DNA from: an uncultured bacterium
GTDB lineage: Bacteria; Chloroflexota; UBA5177; JANWHV01
DNA: 64,000 bases
Direction: 5' to 3'
NCBI GenBank assembly: GCA_963827235.1
Contig: CAWHAE010000008.1
Span: forward strand, 160,001-224,000
Shown: one piece after another, positions 21,085 to 31,567 of the stretch
How positions within the stretch are numbered: position 1 is the stretch's first letter
Layout: the number at the start of each line of letters is the position of its first letter
Notes under the pieces: generated by a model
Databases searched by the model: none
What the model was told of the DNA's origin: nothing
Seen by the model: the letters and a program-made list of their open reading frames with translations, nothing else
Program-made: the position numbers and the translations under genes

Positions 21085-21711
21085 TCAGAACTCGCGCCGC
21101 CCTTCGATCGCTTGCTTGAGCGTGTGCTCGTCCGCGAACTCGAGATCGCCTCCCATGGGCAGGCCGCGCGCCGGCCGCGTCACTCTGGCGTGCTCCGGCA
21201 ACGTGGCGAGGCGGCGCGTGATGTACATGGCAGTCGCGTCGCCTTCCATAGAGGGATTGGTGGCCAGGATCACCTCGTGAATGCCGCCACCGGCGACCCT
21301 GGAGACGAGCTGTTCGATCTTCAGCTCACCGGGACCGATACCGTCCATGGGTGAGATGGCACCGTGCAGCACATGATAGAGCCCGCGATAGCTCATCGTG
21401 CGCTCGAGTGCGAGAATGTCGAGCGGCTGCTCGACCACGCAGAGAGTTCCGCGGTCGCGACCAGGATCGGAGCAAAGGGAGCAGGGGTCCATCTCAGTCA
21501 AGTTCCAGCAGACGCTGCAATAGACGATGCGCTCCTTGACCTGGAGGATGGCATTCGCCAGCAGCCTCGCCTCGTCGACCGGCTCGCGCAAGATGAAATA
21601 TGCCAGTCGTTGGGCCGTCTTCGGTCCTATGCCGGGCAATTTGCCGAGCTCGTCGATGAGTTGGACCACGGATTCGGCTACCGATGCCGTGCCGGGCTGC
21701 GAGTGATACAT
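21085..21711 (-). CDS. recR: Recombination mediator RecR
   Basis: LPGIGPKTAQRL, CSVC..CSLC, TOPRIM ATNPSMEGDAT. Confidence 0.97.
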   Translation of the reverse strand: MYHSQPGTASVAESVVQLIDELGKLPGIGPKTAQRLAYFILREPVDEARLLANAILQVKERIVYCSVCWNLTEMDPCSLCSDPGRDRGTLCVVEQPLDILALERTMSYRGLYHVLHGAISPMDGIGPGELKIEQLVSRVAGGGIHEVILATNPSMEGDATAMYITRRLATLPEHARVTRPARGLPMGGDLEFADEHTLKQAIEGRREF

Positions 21712-21872
21712 GGCGTCCAGTCCTCAGCTAGACATCGGCCACCGAGAACGCATCGAAGCCACGCATTCGCGACTGAGCGTCGCAAGGTGCACACACGAAA
21801 TGAACTCTCTCGCGCACATTCGCGAAAGCCGGCGAATGCCGCCAAGTCTCCGGCGCACGGCTTGCACGCGAC

Positions 21873-22190
21873 TCAGAACGGCAGGTTCATTCCGCCCGTG
21901 ATTGCTCCGAGCTTCTCGGCCTGACGGGCCTTGGCTTTCTCTAGGGCATCGGTCACCGCGCTCAACACCAGATCTTGCAGCATTTCGACGTCCTCAGGAT
22001 CGACGACGTCCTTGCTAATCTCTATGCTCTTCAGCTCGAGCTGGCCGGTAACCGTGGCCGTGACTGCGCCGCCGCCGGAGGATCCCTCGACGACCTCTTC
22101 AGCCAATGCCTGCTGCGCCTTCTCCATCTGGGCCTGCATTTGCTGAGCCTGGCGCATCATGTCTCGCATTGCACGTTGATCGAAGCCCAT
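21873..22190 (-). CDS. ybaB: YbaB/EbfC nucleoid-associated protein
   Basis: GSSGGGAV...DPEDVEMLQDLVLSAV, between dnaX and recR. Confidence 0.93.
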   Translation of the reverse strand: MGFDQRAMRDMMRQAQQMQAQMEKAQQALAEEVVEGSSGGGAVTATVTGQLELKSIEISKDVVDPEDVEMLQDLVLSAVTDALEKAKARQAEKLGAITGGMNLPF

Positions 22191-22221
22191 CAGCGTATTC
22201 CTTTTCTCTTGATCTGCATGG

Positions 22222-24054
22222 CTAGATATCGTGCTCGCGCTCGCCGCCCAGAGCCTTCGCCTCGGCGGCCATCTCATCGACGTATTCCAGTTCGGCCAGG
22301 TCAGCCCGCCGGACGGTCGGCTCATCGATCGTAACACAGCGCACACCCCACTGGCCACCAAGCACTTCGCTCACGGCGTCCTCGATGGTCTTGCGGATGG
22401 CAGGCATCTCCACCTGCGAGCGATAGAAAGACTGCGATTGGCGGAACGGCAGCACGAGCACACTGTCCTCGACCTGGATCAGCTCGGAGATCACCGTTTG
22501 CGCGACCGCGTGCACCCTCGGTTTGTCGCTCTCGCTCAGCCGGCGCAAGACCATGGGCCAGCGCGGCCGCGCGTCGAACGGTGCGCCGCCCACCGAATCG
22601 TGGCGCACATCGGGCTGTGCTGCGCCGGCAGCCGTGGGATCCCGCCCATCCGGCACCTGGGAGCCCAGTGTTTCGGCTTCCTTCGCCGATGAAACTCGAT
22701 CCCGGTCCACCACGCCGCGGTAGACCTCGAGAGTCGGCGCTTCCTCGCGAAGCGCCGGATCAGCCGTTGCAGCGGCGGCAACAATGGGCCGGGCGTCCAG
22801 CTCGTCCGCGGCCGCTACACGCGCCGTTGTCCGCGCCTCGGAACTGGGAGGCTCGGTGGCGGACCATCCGGCCGCCTGGGATGCGGCGGTGACGGCCGGC
22901 CTAGCCACATCTGACGGCGGTACGGCACTCTGCCCGCCGAAGCTGAGAGTTGCCTGGGCAATCGCCGCCTCCAGGGCCCAGCGCGGGGAATCAGACCGTC
23001 GCGCACCTGTCTCTACCGTCATGAGAGTGTAGAGCACCGGAACTATCTGCTCGGCCCGGCACCGCGCCACGCTCGGCTCTTCTACGGGCTTCTGCCGCGC
23101 GCGGGCAACCAGGGCATCGCGCCAGTAGCTGGCAAGTTGCCTGGAAAGCTGTCGCGGGTCCACGCCACTCTCCATCAGGTCCCCAGCGACCAGGAGCGCC
23201 CGTGCCAGGTCGCCGGCAGCCATGGCGCCGGCGAGAGTAGCGACGTGCGCGTTGCGCGCCACGCCGAGCGCCGTCTCCACGTCGGCCAGCACGAGGCGGT
23301 CGCCACAGAAGGAGCGAATCTGCTCGAGCATGCTCAACGCGTCGCGCAGACTGCCTGTGCTCTGTGAGGTGATGAACCGGATCACGTCATCAGCCGCTTC
23401 GATGCCCTCTCGTGCGCACACCAACCGCAGCCGGTTGGCCATTTCGGCGGCGGCAATCGGATGCAGCTCGAGCAACTGGCAGCGCGATCGCACTGTGGCG
23501 GGCACCTTGTGGAGCTCCGTGGTGGCCAGGGCAAACAGGATGTGTTCGGGAGGTTCCTCGAGTGTCTTGAGCAGAGCGTTGAAGGCGCCGATAGACAGCA
23601 TGTGCACTTCGTCGATGATGAAGACCTTGCGCTTGCCTTCAGCCGGTCGAAGATTGACGCGATCTCGCAGCTCGCGTACGTCGTCCACGCTGTTATTCGA
23701 TGCACCGTCTATCTCGACAAGGTCGAGGGACCGCCGCTGCAGCATGCTCACGCAAATAGGGCAAACGTTGCACGGGTCACCGTCTCTCGGTTGCAGGCAG
23801 TTCACGGCCCGCGCCAAGATGCGCGCTGTGCTCGTCTTGCCCGTGCCGCGAGGTCCGGTGAACAGGTAGGCGTGCGCGACCTTGCCGTAGCGGACGGCGT
23901 TGCGCAGCGTCTGTGTCACGTGTCGTTGACCGACCACCTCGTCGAAGGTGAGGGAACGGTACGCGCGGTAGAGGGACGACCGATCGCCGTCGCTCAGGTA
24001 CTGTGACTCGGGTCCCGCCGCCTCGGACGGTGCGAGAGCATTGCCGTCGTCCAC
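22222..24054 (-). CDS. dnaX: DNA polymerase III gamma/tau
   Basis: GPRGTGKTSTAR, IDEVHML, NALLKTLEEPP, SRC. Confidence 0.97.
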   Translation of the reverse strand: MDDGNALAPSEAAGPESQYLSDGDRSSLYRAYRSLTFDEVVGQRHVTQTLRNAVRYGKVAHAYLFTGPRGTGKTSTARILARAVNCLQPRDGDPCNVCPICVSMLQRRSLDLVEIDGASNNSVDDVRELRDRVNLRPAEGKRKVFIIDEVHMLSIGAFNALLKTLEEPPEHILFALATTELHKVPATVRSRCQLLELHPIAAAEMANRLRLVCAREGIEAADDVIRFITSQSTGSLRDALSMLEQIRSFCGDRLVLADVETALGVARNAHVATLAGAMAAGDLARALLVAGDLMESGVDPRQLSRQLASYWRDALVARARQKPVEEPSVARCRAEQIVPVLYTLMTVETGARRSDSPRWALEAAIAQATLSFGGQSAVPPSDVARPAVTAASQAAGWSATEPPSSEARTTARVAAADELDARPIVAAAATADPALREEAPTLEVYRGVVDRDRVSSAKEAETLGSQVPDGRDPTAAGAAQPDVRHDSVGGAPFDARPRWPMVLRRLSESDKPRVHAVAQTVISELIQVEDSVLVLPFRQSQSFYRSQVEMPAIRKTIEDAVSEVLGGQWGVRCVTIDEPTVRRADLAELEYVDEMAAEAKALGGEREHDI

Positions 24055-24192
24055 GCGCTCGTCTCTCCTCAGCCTGACACTCTCGCCGGAAGGCGAACGT
24101 TCCCGGTGCTAGCCGGCTGTGCCGGTCGCCCGTGGCGAACCCCGCGAGACACGTGGTGGCGCGGTGAGCCAATCACCGGCAAGCAAGGTATA

Positions 24193-24467
24193 TGACCGTG
24201 CACCAAACCGTTGAGCGTGCTCGCCCGGCTTTTGCCAGCTCCGCGACTGCGTGCCAGGCTCCCCCGACGCACCCGAAGGACACCCCTTACCGCTGCTTCT
24301 TTCGATCTGACGGGGTTCGTGGGCCTCCGCCGGTCGGGACCAAGCGCGTTGAACGCCGAGGACCAGACAAAGTCCCGAGCAGGGACCACCCGAGAGTCCG
24401 GGATTCCGCCGGCCATATAGCCGGATTGCCGTACAGGGGACGGCTATCCCCCCGCCTAGCACGGTCA
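24193..24467 (-). ncRNA. ffs: Large (Alu-containing) bacterial SRP RNA
   Basis: Terminal helix TGACCGTGC/GCACGGTCA, 5' CCGTGCTAGGCGGGG..CCCCTGTAC Alu start, helix 8 GTCAGATCGAAAGAAGCAGC, position upstream of dnaX as in Bacillus. Confidence 0.9.
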
Positions 24468-25114
24468 CGTTGCTATGCTACTGTTGCCTGCCTCATGCGT
24501 CAAGGCGTAGCAGCCGTGATCCTCGATAAAGGCTCGCACGCGCTCGGGTACCAGGTAGCGAATCGATTGGCCTGCCCGCACCCGTGCGCGCAGGTCCTGG
24601 GATGCAATCTCGAGCAGTGGCACCTGGACCACTCTCGCGAGGCTGCGCGCGCGGGGATGGATGGCCTCGAGCGCCGTCCAGTCCGGTCCTCGCCAGCCCG
24701 CGCGCAGCATGACAATCGGCTGGTAATCTACCAGTATGCGTGCCGGCTCGAGCCAGCGGTCGAGCTGATTGGCGGCATCGACGCCCAGGATGAACTGAAA
24801 CCGGTCGTCGGGTTGCAAGCCGCGCAGGGTGTCAAGCGTATCGATTGTGTACGACGGCTCCCGGCCATGCAGCTCCATATCGTTGACCGCGAAGCGGGGA
24901 TTGTCCTCGATTGCTAGCTCGACCATGGCCAGACGATTCGCGGCAGACGCACCCGGTGCTTCCAGCTTGAGCGGCTGCTGCCAATTCGGAACGAAGACGA
25001 TCAGATCCAGGCCCTGCGCTTCGCGAACCGCCTCCGCTGCCGCGAGATGGCCGACATGTATCGGATCGAACGTGCCGCCGTAGATGCCGATGCGCGTTGC
25101 CAGCCTCCGATCAC
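24465..25114 (-). CDS. nadD: Nicotinate-nucleotide adenylyltransferase, start affected by a probable indel
   Basis: RIGIYGGTFDPIHVGH in frame upstream of ORF 24465..24926, then SYTIDTL, FILGVDA, SIRYLVP. Confidence 0.9.
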
Positions 25115-27282
25115 AGGGTTGCGTGGATCGACGTCAGCTTCAGCACCTTGCCGCCACCTACCGGCAGCAGGCCACTCGACGGCTTGAGCACGGTAACCGG
25201 CTGATTGTTGCTCACGACCTGATACTGCTGATCGTCCAGGGTGAGCCCAACGTCGATGTCGATCCTGCCGCTCTTGGCCGTGTAGACGCTGAGCTGGTAC
25301 GACAGCACTTTGTAGAATTTACCCACCTGCCACTGGCTCATCACCTGCCAGCTGGTAGCTTGCTGCACGTCGGAGAACACCTGCAGAGCGCCGCGATAGT
25401 CGGTCAGGTAGTTAACGAGTCGCGTGCGCTGCGGCAAGGGCTTCAGCACCTTCCACCACGTGGTTACAAGAATGTCGGGATTCCTCAGGTTGGTCAGCTC
25501 GGCCCTGCCGAGACTGAAGCTTTCGAGCTCCAGATAGTCCCCTAGCCGTGCGAGGGGACCGCCGGTAGGCACGCTCGAAGCGGCCGGATCCATGAAGGTC
25601 CAGAATTGTGGTGGTAGGGTTGTCACGAGCGGCTCGCCCTTCTTGTGCTTGGTGAGCAACAGCACGCCGTCATCCGCTGCCACGATCGTCCATTTCCCGT
25701 TGCGAAGGAGCGCATTCGGGTCGTACGAGGTTGCAGCCGACGCCGATGACGCCGTAGCCGGACCGGCGGCTATGTCGCAGGCGGCGTTATTGCCCTGCAC
25801 GAGCACAGAGAGATCGCACGTGCGCATCACAGAACCAGTGGGCCCGGTCGCATCCAGCGCTATGTACTGCACACGGCCGCCGTCGGTGTCTGGGTAGAGG
25901 TAGATCTGCTCGCGATCGCTGAGGTGCGGATTGAGGTTGTCCTGTGCCGACACGGAGGCGTTCGGGGGAATCATGGCGAGAATTCGATCAAGTATTTTGG
26001 CATGTGGCGAAATATCCGGATAGCTGAAGTTCTTCGCGATCGGACTGAAGCCGTTGTCGTGCTGGTTGAAGAGGGCGGCCACGAGCACATAGGTTGTGCA
26101 GATTGCCACAACCAGCGCGGGCCGGATATGGAGTCTGGGCGCTACATTGTTGGCAAGCCATTCCACCCCGAGTATCGATCCTACCGTCAACACGGGGACG
26201 ATCTCGGCGGAGTAGTGTGCCAGCCCGCTGATCATGTGCGGCTCATAACTCAACATAATAACGGCGAGGCTCGGCACGGCCGCGAGCACCGTGATCGGGC
26301 TGAGCAACGAGAGGTAACCCGTAGGATAGAAGATGCGGTGCAGGTAGCTGGTCTTGGCCTCGCTGGTCAGATTCTCCCATGCCAACCCGGGATGCTGGCG
26401 CCAGAACTCGATGGCCTGATGCTGGGTCACCGGCCCGCTACCATAGAAACCGGGCGGCACATAGCGGCCCCAGTATGAGCTGTCTGCCTGGTTGAAGTGC
26501 GGCACGACGACCTTCAGGGCCAGGAACGTCCACACAGCGGAGAGCACGGCGATCACCGCGCCGAACTGCCATTCTCGGTTGCGCACCGCGATCCAGACGC
26601 CCATCATGGCGATCAGCAGGCCCATCTCTTCCTTACAGCCCATGGCGGCAGCAGCGCTCAGCGCGAAGAGGGTGTAGCGCCGGCTATCGGCAAAGTAGAA
26701 CGCCCACAGGATCAGCGGCGCCCCAACAGTCACCGGGTGGAACTCGTAGAGATTTGCTGCTTCGAGCGCCGGGTACAGCAAATAAGCAAGAGGGAAGACG
26801 ACTTCCGCGAACGCGTTGTGAAGGTGGCGGCGTGCTAGCAGGCGCGTGGGAATGGCTCCGGTTGCCACTGCAAGTGTCTGCATGACCAGCAGTGCTTCCA
26901 CGTGCTGGTAGAAGAAGTAGAACACGGCCATGAATGGGATGAACGGCTCAACATGGAAGCTCAGCCGCGTCAGGGTGCCGAACGCCTCGACCGCGATGTG
27001 GGCTCGCATGTTCTGGAACCGGAACGGATGACCGTGCACCGTGTTCCAGAACGTCTGTGCCATGTTGCCGAGATCGAGGGCGTGCGGAACGTAGGCGTTG
27101 TATTGCCGCAAGCTAATGGCAGTGAAGACGACCGCATACAGCGCGGTAATCACCCAGAATCCGACCACGGATCCGATCTTGGCCAGCCGCTCACCGAGCT
27201 TCGGCACGGGGACCGCCATATCTCGCGCAGTGAGCGGCCCGCTCACCCGCGGGGGTTGAGCGCGCGTTGGCGTCGCGCTCAT
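25111..27282 (-). CDS. DUF2079-like GT-C fold membrane protein
   Basis: ALDLGNMAQTFWNT, FHVEP, YEFHPV, CKEE, many TM helices. ATG at 27282 overlaps the upstream TGA. Confidence 0.75.
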   Translation of the reverse strand: MSATPTRAQPPRVSGPLTARDMAVPVPKLGERLAKIGSVVGFWVITALYAVVFTAISLRQYNAYVPHALDLGNMAQTFWNTVHGHPFRFQNMRAHIAVEAFGTLTRLSFHVEPFIPFMAVFYFFYQHVEALLVMQTLAVATGAIPTRLLARRHLHNAFAEVVFPLAYLLYPALEAANLYEFHPVTVGAPLILWAFYFADSRRYTLFALSAAAAMGCKEEMGLLIAMMGVWIAVRNREWQFGAVIAVLSAVWTFLALKVVVPHFNQADSSYWGRYVPPGFYGSGPVTQHQAIEFWRQHPGLAWENLTSEAKTSYLHRIFYPTGYLSLLSPITVLAAVPSLAVIMLSYEPHMISGLAHYSAEIVPVLTVGSILGVEWLANNVAPRLHIRPALVVAICTTYVLVAALFNQHDNGFSPIAKNFSYPDISPHAKILDRILAMIPPNASVSAQDNLNPHLSDREQIYLYPDTDGGRVQYIALDATGPTGSVMRTCDLSVLVQGNNAACDIAAGPATASSASAATSYDPNALLRNGKWTIVAADDGVLLLTKHKKGEPLVTTLPPQFWTFMDPAASSVPTGGPLARLGDYLELESFSLGRAELTNLRNPDILVTTWWKVLKPLPQRTRLVNYLTDYRGALQVFSDVQQATSWQVMSQWQVGKFYKVLSYQLSVYTAKSGRIDIDVGLTLDDQQYQVVSNNQPVTVLKPSSGLLPVGGGKVLKLTSIHATL

Positions 27283-28244
27283 ACAGGCGCTACGCTCTCG
27301 CTCTTCGAACCCGTCTGGGGCTGATCGTCGGCCAGCGCAGCCGGCGGCCGCATGAACGGGGTGACCACGGCGCCAATGACGCCCGGCAGTGCCGTGTTCA
27401 TAAAGAACATGAGGAACGCACTGGTGCCGGCCACCGACCTGGCGATCTTGTAGTGATTCAGGAGCAGGATGGCCAGTCCTTCGCGCGTGCCCAGCCCAGC
27501 GACTGTCAGCGGTACGGCGTTGGATAGCACGACCATCGGGAAACAGTACACCACCACGTCGGGTCCGCCTGTGCTCCACGCGCGCAAGATGATCCAGTAT
27601 TGCGCGAGCACAATCAGGAATGATCCGAGGGTGTAAACAAGGCACACCACGCCCACGCTGCCTGGAAACTCGGCGAATCGGCCCATCATGCCGTCGATCT
27701 TCTTGTAGTGCGGCAGCGGCCTGCAGAGGCGGAATGCCGTTCGCAATCCGCTCGGGCGGATGGCAAGGTACACCCCGCCCAGCCCTATTGCCGCGAAGGC
27801 AATAGCGAGCAGAGGATTGACGAGAAGCCAGGCTCCCGGAACGGCCAGCAGCGCCAGCACGATGACGTCATAAACCTTGTCGACCATCACCAGTGCGCCG
27901 ACTCGCACCTTTCGCGGTTCAGACAGGTAGGCAGCCCGTGCAAGCTCGCCCAGGCGGGCCGGGGTGAGTAAGGCTACGCCCATGCCGCCGACCAGTGAGA
28001 TGAGCGACTCAGCATAGGTGGCTCGGCAGTTTCCTGCCTTGAGCAACGCGTGCCAGCGGAGCGCCTTCAGAATCAGGAACGGCACGGTAAGGGACATGGC
28101 GACCAGCAGGTTAGCCGCGTCGAGATTGTGCCCGGTGTTCCAGAACTGCCTCGGATCGACCTTCCAGAGAATCACCGCCAGCAGCACCGCCGTGAGCGAG
28201 TACCTGACCCAGAGGCTACGCCACAATGACGCGATCCGTGTCAT
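27279..28244 (-). CDS. UPF0104/lysylphosphatidylglycerol-synthase TM (flippase-like) protein
   Basis: ALRWHALL, TPARLGELAR, PLTVAGLGTREG. Confidence 0.85.
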   Translation of the reverse strand: MTRIASLWRSLWVRYSLTAVLLAVILWKVDPRQFWNTGHNLDAANLLVAMSLTVPFLILKALRWHALLKAGNCRATYAESLISLVGGMGVALLTPARLGELARAAYLSEPRKVRVGALVMVDKVYDVIVLALLAVPGAWLLVNPLLAIAFAAIGLGGVYLAIRPSGLRTAFRLCRPLPHYKKIDGMMGRFAEFPGSVGVVCLVYTLGSFLIVLAQYWIILRAWSTGGPDVVVYCFPMVVLSNAVPLTVAGLGTREGLAILLLNHYKIARSVAGTSAFLMFFMNTALPGVIGAVVTPFMRPPAALADDQPQTGSKSESVAPV

Positions 28245-29251
28245 CCCAAGCGCTGCCGGATACTGTACTCTTCCGCTCGGCGATAGGTCACGTGGCGGAG
28301 CATCTCGCCGAGAAGGCCCAAGCTGAACAACTGCACGCCGGTGATGACAAACAGCACGGCGAAGTCAAGCAGCGGGCGGCCACCGATATTACCGTGGCTG
28401 AAATGCTGCTCGGTCAGGTAGAGGCTGAGAATGACGCCGATCAGCGTGATCGCGGCGCCGACAGTGCCGAACAAGTGCAGCGGTTTCTGCATGTAGCGAG
28501 TGAGGAAGATGACCTTGAAGAAATCCAGCGCACCGCGAGCATACCTGCGGATGCCGTACTTCGACTTGCCGTATTTGCGCGGATGGTGCTGCACGGGAAT
28601 CTCGGCAACCCGGAATCCGCGCCAGTGTGCCATCACCGGTATAAACCGATGGAGATCCGCATAGAGCTTCAGCTCTTCGGTGACCTCGCGCCGGTACGCC
28701 TTAAAGCCGCAGTCGATATCGTGCAATTTGACTCCGGTGGCGGAAGCAACCACCGAATTGAAGATCTTCGAGGGCAGGGTCTTCGAGATTGGGTCGTGCC
28801 GTTTCTGCTTCCAGCCGGAGACCAGGTCGTAGCCCTCCGTGAGCTTGTCAAGGAAGTGAGGGATCTCCTCGGGATCATCCTGCAAGTCGGCATCCATCGT
28901 GAAGATGATCTCGCCCCGGCAGTTGTCGAAGCCTGCCACCAGCCCGGCCGTTTTACCGAAATTGCGCCTGAAGCTGAGGACCCTGACGTGCTCGGGGTCC
29001 TGGGAATAGAGTTCCTTCACGGCTCCGAACGTGCCGTCGGTGCTGCCGTCGTCGATATAGATGATCTCATAGGCACAGCCCTGGGCGTCCAGAACCTTGG
29101 TCAGTCTCTCATGCAGCTTGGGTACGCTCTCGACCTCGTTGTAGACCGGGATCACCATCGACACGTCGATGGCCAAGCGGTCGCCAAGAGACTTTGCCGG
29201 CGCGAGAGGGAGAGTCTCGGTCTTGATAGGGATCGCCGCCTCCACGGTCAT
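28241..29251 (-). CDS. GT2 polyprenol-phosphate glycosyltransferase (ArnC/GtrB-like)
   Basis: IPVYNE, DDGSTDGT, RNFGKTA, MDADLQDDP, two C-terminal TMs. Confidence 0.9.
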   Translation of the reverse strand: MTVEAAIPIKTETLPLAPAKSLGDRLAIDVSMVIPVYNEVESVPKLHERLTKVLDAQGCAYEIIYIDDGSTDGTFGAVKELYSQDPEHVRVLSFRRNFGKTAGLVAGFDNCRGEIIFTMDADLQDDPEEIPHFLDKLTEGYDLVSGWKQKRHDPISKTLPSKIFNSVVASATGVKLHDIDCGFKAYRREVTEELKLYADLHRFIPVMAHWRGFRVAEIPVQHHPRKYGKSKYGIRRYARGALDFFKVIFLTRYMQKPLHLFGTVGAAITLIGVILSLYLTEQHFSHGNIGGRPLLDFAVLFVITGVQLFSLGLLGEMLRHVTYRRAEEYSIRQRLG

Positions 29252-29379
29252 CGCGCGTGTAGCTCCGTGTCGCTCATGTAGTATGGCGCGCCCGGGAAGG
29301 CAGCGCGCGGTACGGATTCGTCCGTGTCGTAGTATAGCAGCCGCGCGAACTCAAGGGTTCGCATGCGCCGGCTTGTGTA

Positions 29380-30193
29380 TCATGTCATCCGATCGGCAAG
29401 CTCAGCCCCGCCGATGCGCTCGCACAGTCGTTCCAGCTCCTCGCGCGAATTGTATTCAAGCACGATCTTGCCGGCGTCCACCGTACCGGCAATAGAGATC
29501 GGGGCGCCGAGCGTCCACCGCAGTGCGTCTTCAAGTGGGCGAAGATCGTGCGATTCGCTGCGCCCGGCTCGGGGCTTCCTGGAAGCGAGCATCCGCCTCG
29601 TCAGCGACTCCGTCTGGCGTACGGATAGCGAGTGCAGAAGAACGTGCTGCAACGCGGCGTCCTGCAACTCGCCCGATAGTGCCAGCAGTGCCCGCGCGTG
29701 CCCCTCAGTGAGCCTGTTTGACGCCAGGGCCTGCTGCGCGGCGTAGCCGAGGCCGAGCAGCCGCAACGTATTCGTGATGCTGACCCTGCTCTTACCCAAC
29801 CGGTTGGCGAGGTCATCCTGTGTGCAGCCCGTGGATCTGATGATCGCTTGATAGGCGTGCGCCAGCTCGAGCGGCTGGAGGTCGGCCCGATGGAGGTTTT
29901 CTACCAGCGAGATGGCCTGATTGACCTGCTCATCGTCTCCGATTAGCAGGGCCGGCACGGAGGCGAGATTCGCCAGTGCGGCTGCCCGCCAGCGCCGCTC
30001 GCCCGCCACGATGTAGTAGAGAGGCGCGTGTCTCACGGCCGTAGCAGCGGGTGACGAGCAACGGCTGCAGGACGCCGTAAATGGCGATCGAAGCGGCGAG
30101 CGCAGCCAACGACTCCTCGTCGAATCGCCTCCGAGGCTGGTCCGGCGCGGGCATCAGTTCGCTGAGTGCCAGCTCGAGCAGGCGACGCGTCAA
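29380..30193 (-). CDS. ParB/Spo0J family protein, frameshift near 30040
   Basis: QPRRRFDEESL..SI..GVLQPLLV, then IVAGERRWRAA, ENLHRADL, HTH, GHARALL. Confidence 0.85.
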
Positions 30194-31536
30194 GATTGGG
30201 CTTTCGCGGCTCGGGCGGCAAACTGCTGCCTTGCCAGAACGGCCAGCGCATGCTCAGCATGTGCTCGCATCAACGGCGTGGCGAAGCGCAGGAAGTGGAT
30301 GCCGGGGTTCTCGTCCAGCTGCTTCTTGACGCGCTGGTAGGCATCGCGCATGTGGATGAGCTCTTCCACGATGAAGTCGAAGGAGACGTCCGGAAGCAGG
30401 CACTCCTTGTCGAACTCTTTCTGGAAGTCGATGCCGGTGTTCCACTGAGTGTTGTAGAAGTGACGGAATCGGCGCGGGGTGGTCAGGTGCTCGGCCAGGA
30501 ACCCATCCTCGGTCCGATACGAATCTACCAGACCCATGATGTTGTCGCCCTCGCCCGCCTGTCCGGAAACGTACTTGTATTGCGCGAGAACGAGCGTGTA
30601 GTCGAGCCAGGGCCCGGCGCCGCTATGCGTGTGGCAGGTGAAATCCTCGGTGTACGGCAGGTAGCGTTGTAGTCCTCCAAGCTCCGGGTCCCACAGCTCT
30701 TCCGCGATCGCCTCGGCCGACGCCTTCTGGGCATTGGCGTTGCGGTTCAGGAAGCCGAAATAGAACGGGGACAGCATGATGAAGTCGGGGCGCTCGTCAT
30801 ACATACCCCTCGGATCTATCCGGCGCACGTAGCGCCCGTCGTGGATAAAGATGCGGAAGACGGCATCTTCAAATTGGCGGCAGAACTCCTTGATCGTGGG
30901 GAACCAGTTGTTAAATCCGCCCCATCCGCTCGACACGTGAAAGGCCCGAGTGAACGCTCTCAGGTAGGCGAAGTTTGTCCAGATGTCATAGCCCTGAACC
31001 ATGCAGGACTCGTGTATGGATGTCGTGCCGTAGAACAAGTTGATCTCGGAGCGGTAGAAGTGCTCGATGGCATACGCTGCCGCGGCCTCCACGGCGTCAC
31101 GGATACGGTAGGCCCACGACGGTATGCGCTCGAGCCATTCTGCCGCGTAAAGGTAGTCGAGGAGTGCGCTCATGCCAAGAGCCACATTATCCTCCTGCCT
31201 GTAGATTGCACGATCGTTGCCGTCCACGTCGTAGCGCTGGCCCCAGAACCCGTCGTCTCGCTGCACCGCCAGAACATACAGGGCGATGTGCTCGAGCAGG
31301 GAGAACGCACGGTCGACGACGTCTCTGGACTGTGAATAGGTGACGAGCTTTCCGAGCGCTCGAGCGCACTGGGCGTTGTCGCGTGGGTATACGTAGGGGT
31401 AGCGCGATCCCCGCGGCGTCGCGCATACCGCCTTGCCCTTGGCGGTCTCGATCGCGCACAAGTCGATGACGTCCAGGTCATGCCAGATAGCGGCATCTGC
31501 CTCCGTCATACCCTCCGGTTTGGCGAGCGTGAGCAT
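30190..31536 (-). CDS. Six-hairpin glycosidase, GH15-like
   Basis: YPYVYPRD, GFWGQRYDVDG, QED, LAEH motifs. Confidence 0.6.
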   Translation of the reverse strand: MLTLAKPEGMTEADAAIWHDLDVIDLCAIETAKGKAVCATPRGSRYPYVYPRDNAQCARALGKLVTYSQSRDVVDRAFSLLEHIALYVLAVQRDDGFWGQRYDVDGNDRAIYRQEDNVALGMSALLDYLYAAEWLERIPSWAYRIRDAVEAAAAYAIEHFYRSEINLFYGTTSIHESCMVQGYDIWTNFAYLRAFTRAFHVSSGWGGFNNWFPTIKEFCRQFEDAVFRIFIHDGRYVRRIDPRGMYDERPDFIMLSPFYFGFLNRNANAQKASAEAIAEELWDPELGGLQRYLPYTEDFTCHTHSGAGPWLDYTLVLAQYKYVSGQAGEGDNIMGLVDSYRTEDGFLAEHLTTPRRFRHFYNTQWNTGIDFQKEFDKECLLPDVSFDFIVEELIHMRDAYQRVKKQLDENPGIHFLRFATPLMRAHAEHALAVLARQQFAARAAKAQS

Positions 31537-31567
31537 CCTCTCCTCCGCGACGCTAGGGCGACTCCGA

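Noticed and set aside
22222-24054. Programmed frameshift in dnaX
   Set aside because: No A-AAA-AAG or long poly-A/T slippery site noticed, and the ORF is continuous.
25095-25114. Non-canonical CTG start for nadD
   Set aside because: A GTG overlapping the upstream stop is one base out of frame, so a dropped G fits the indel pattern better.
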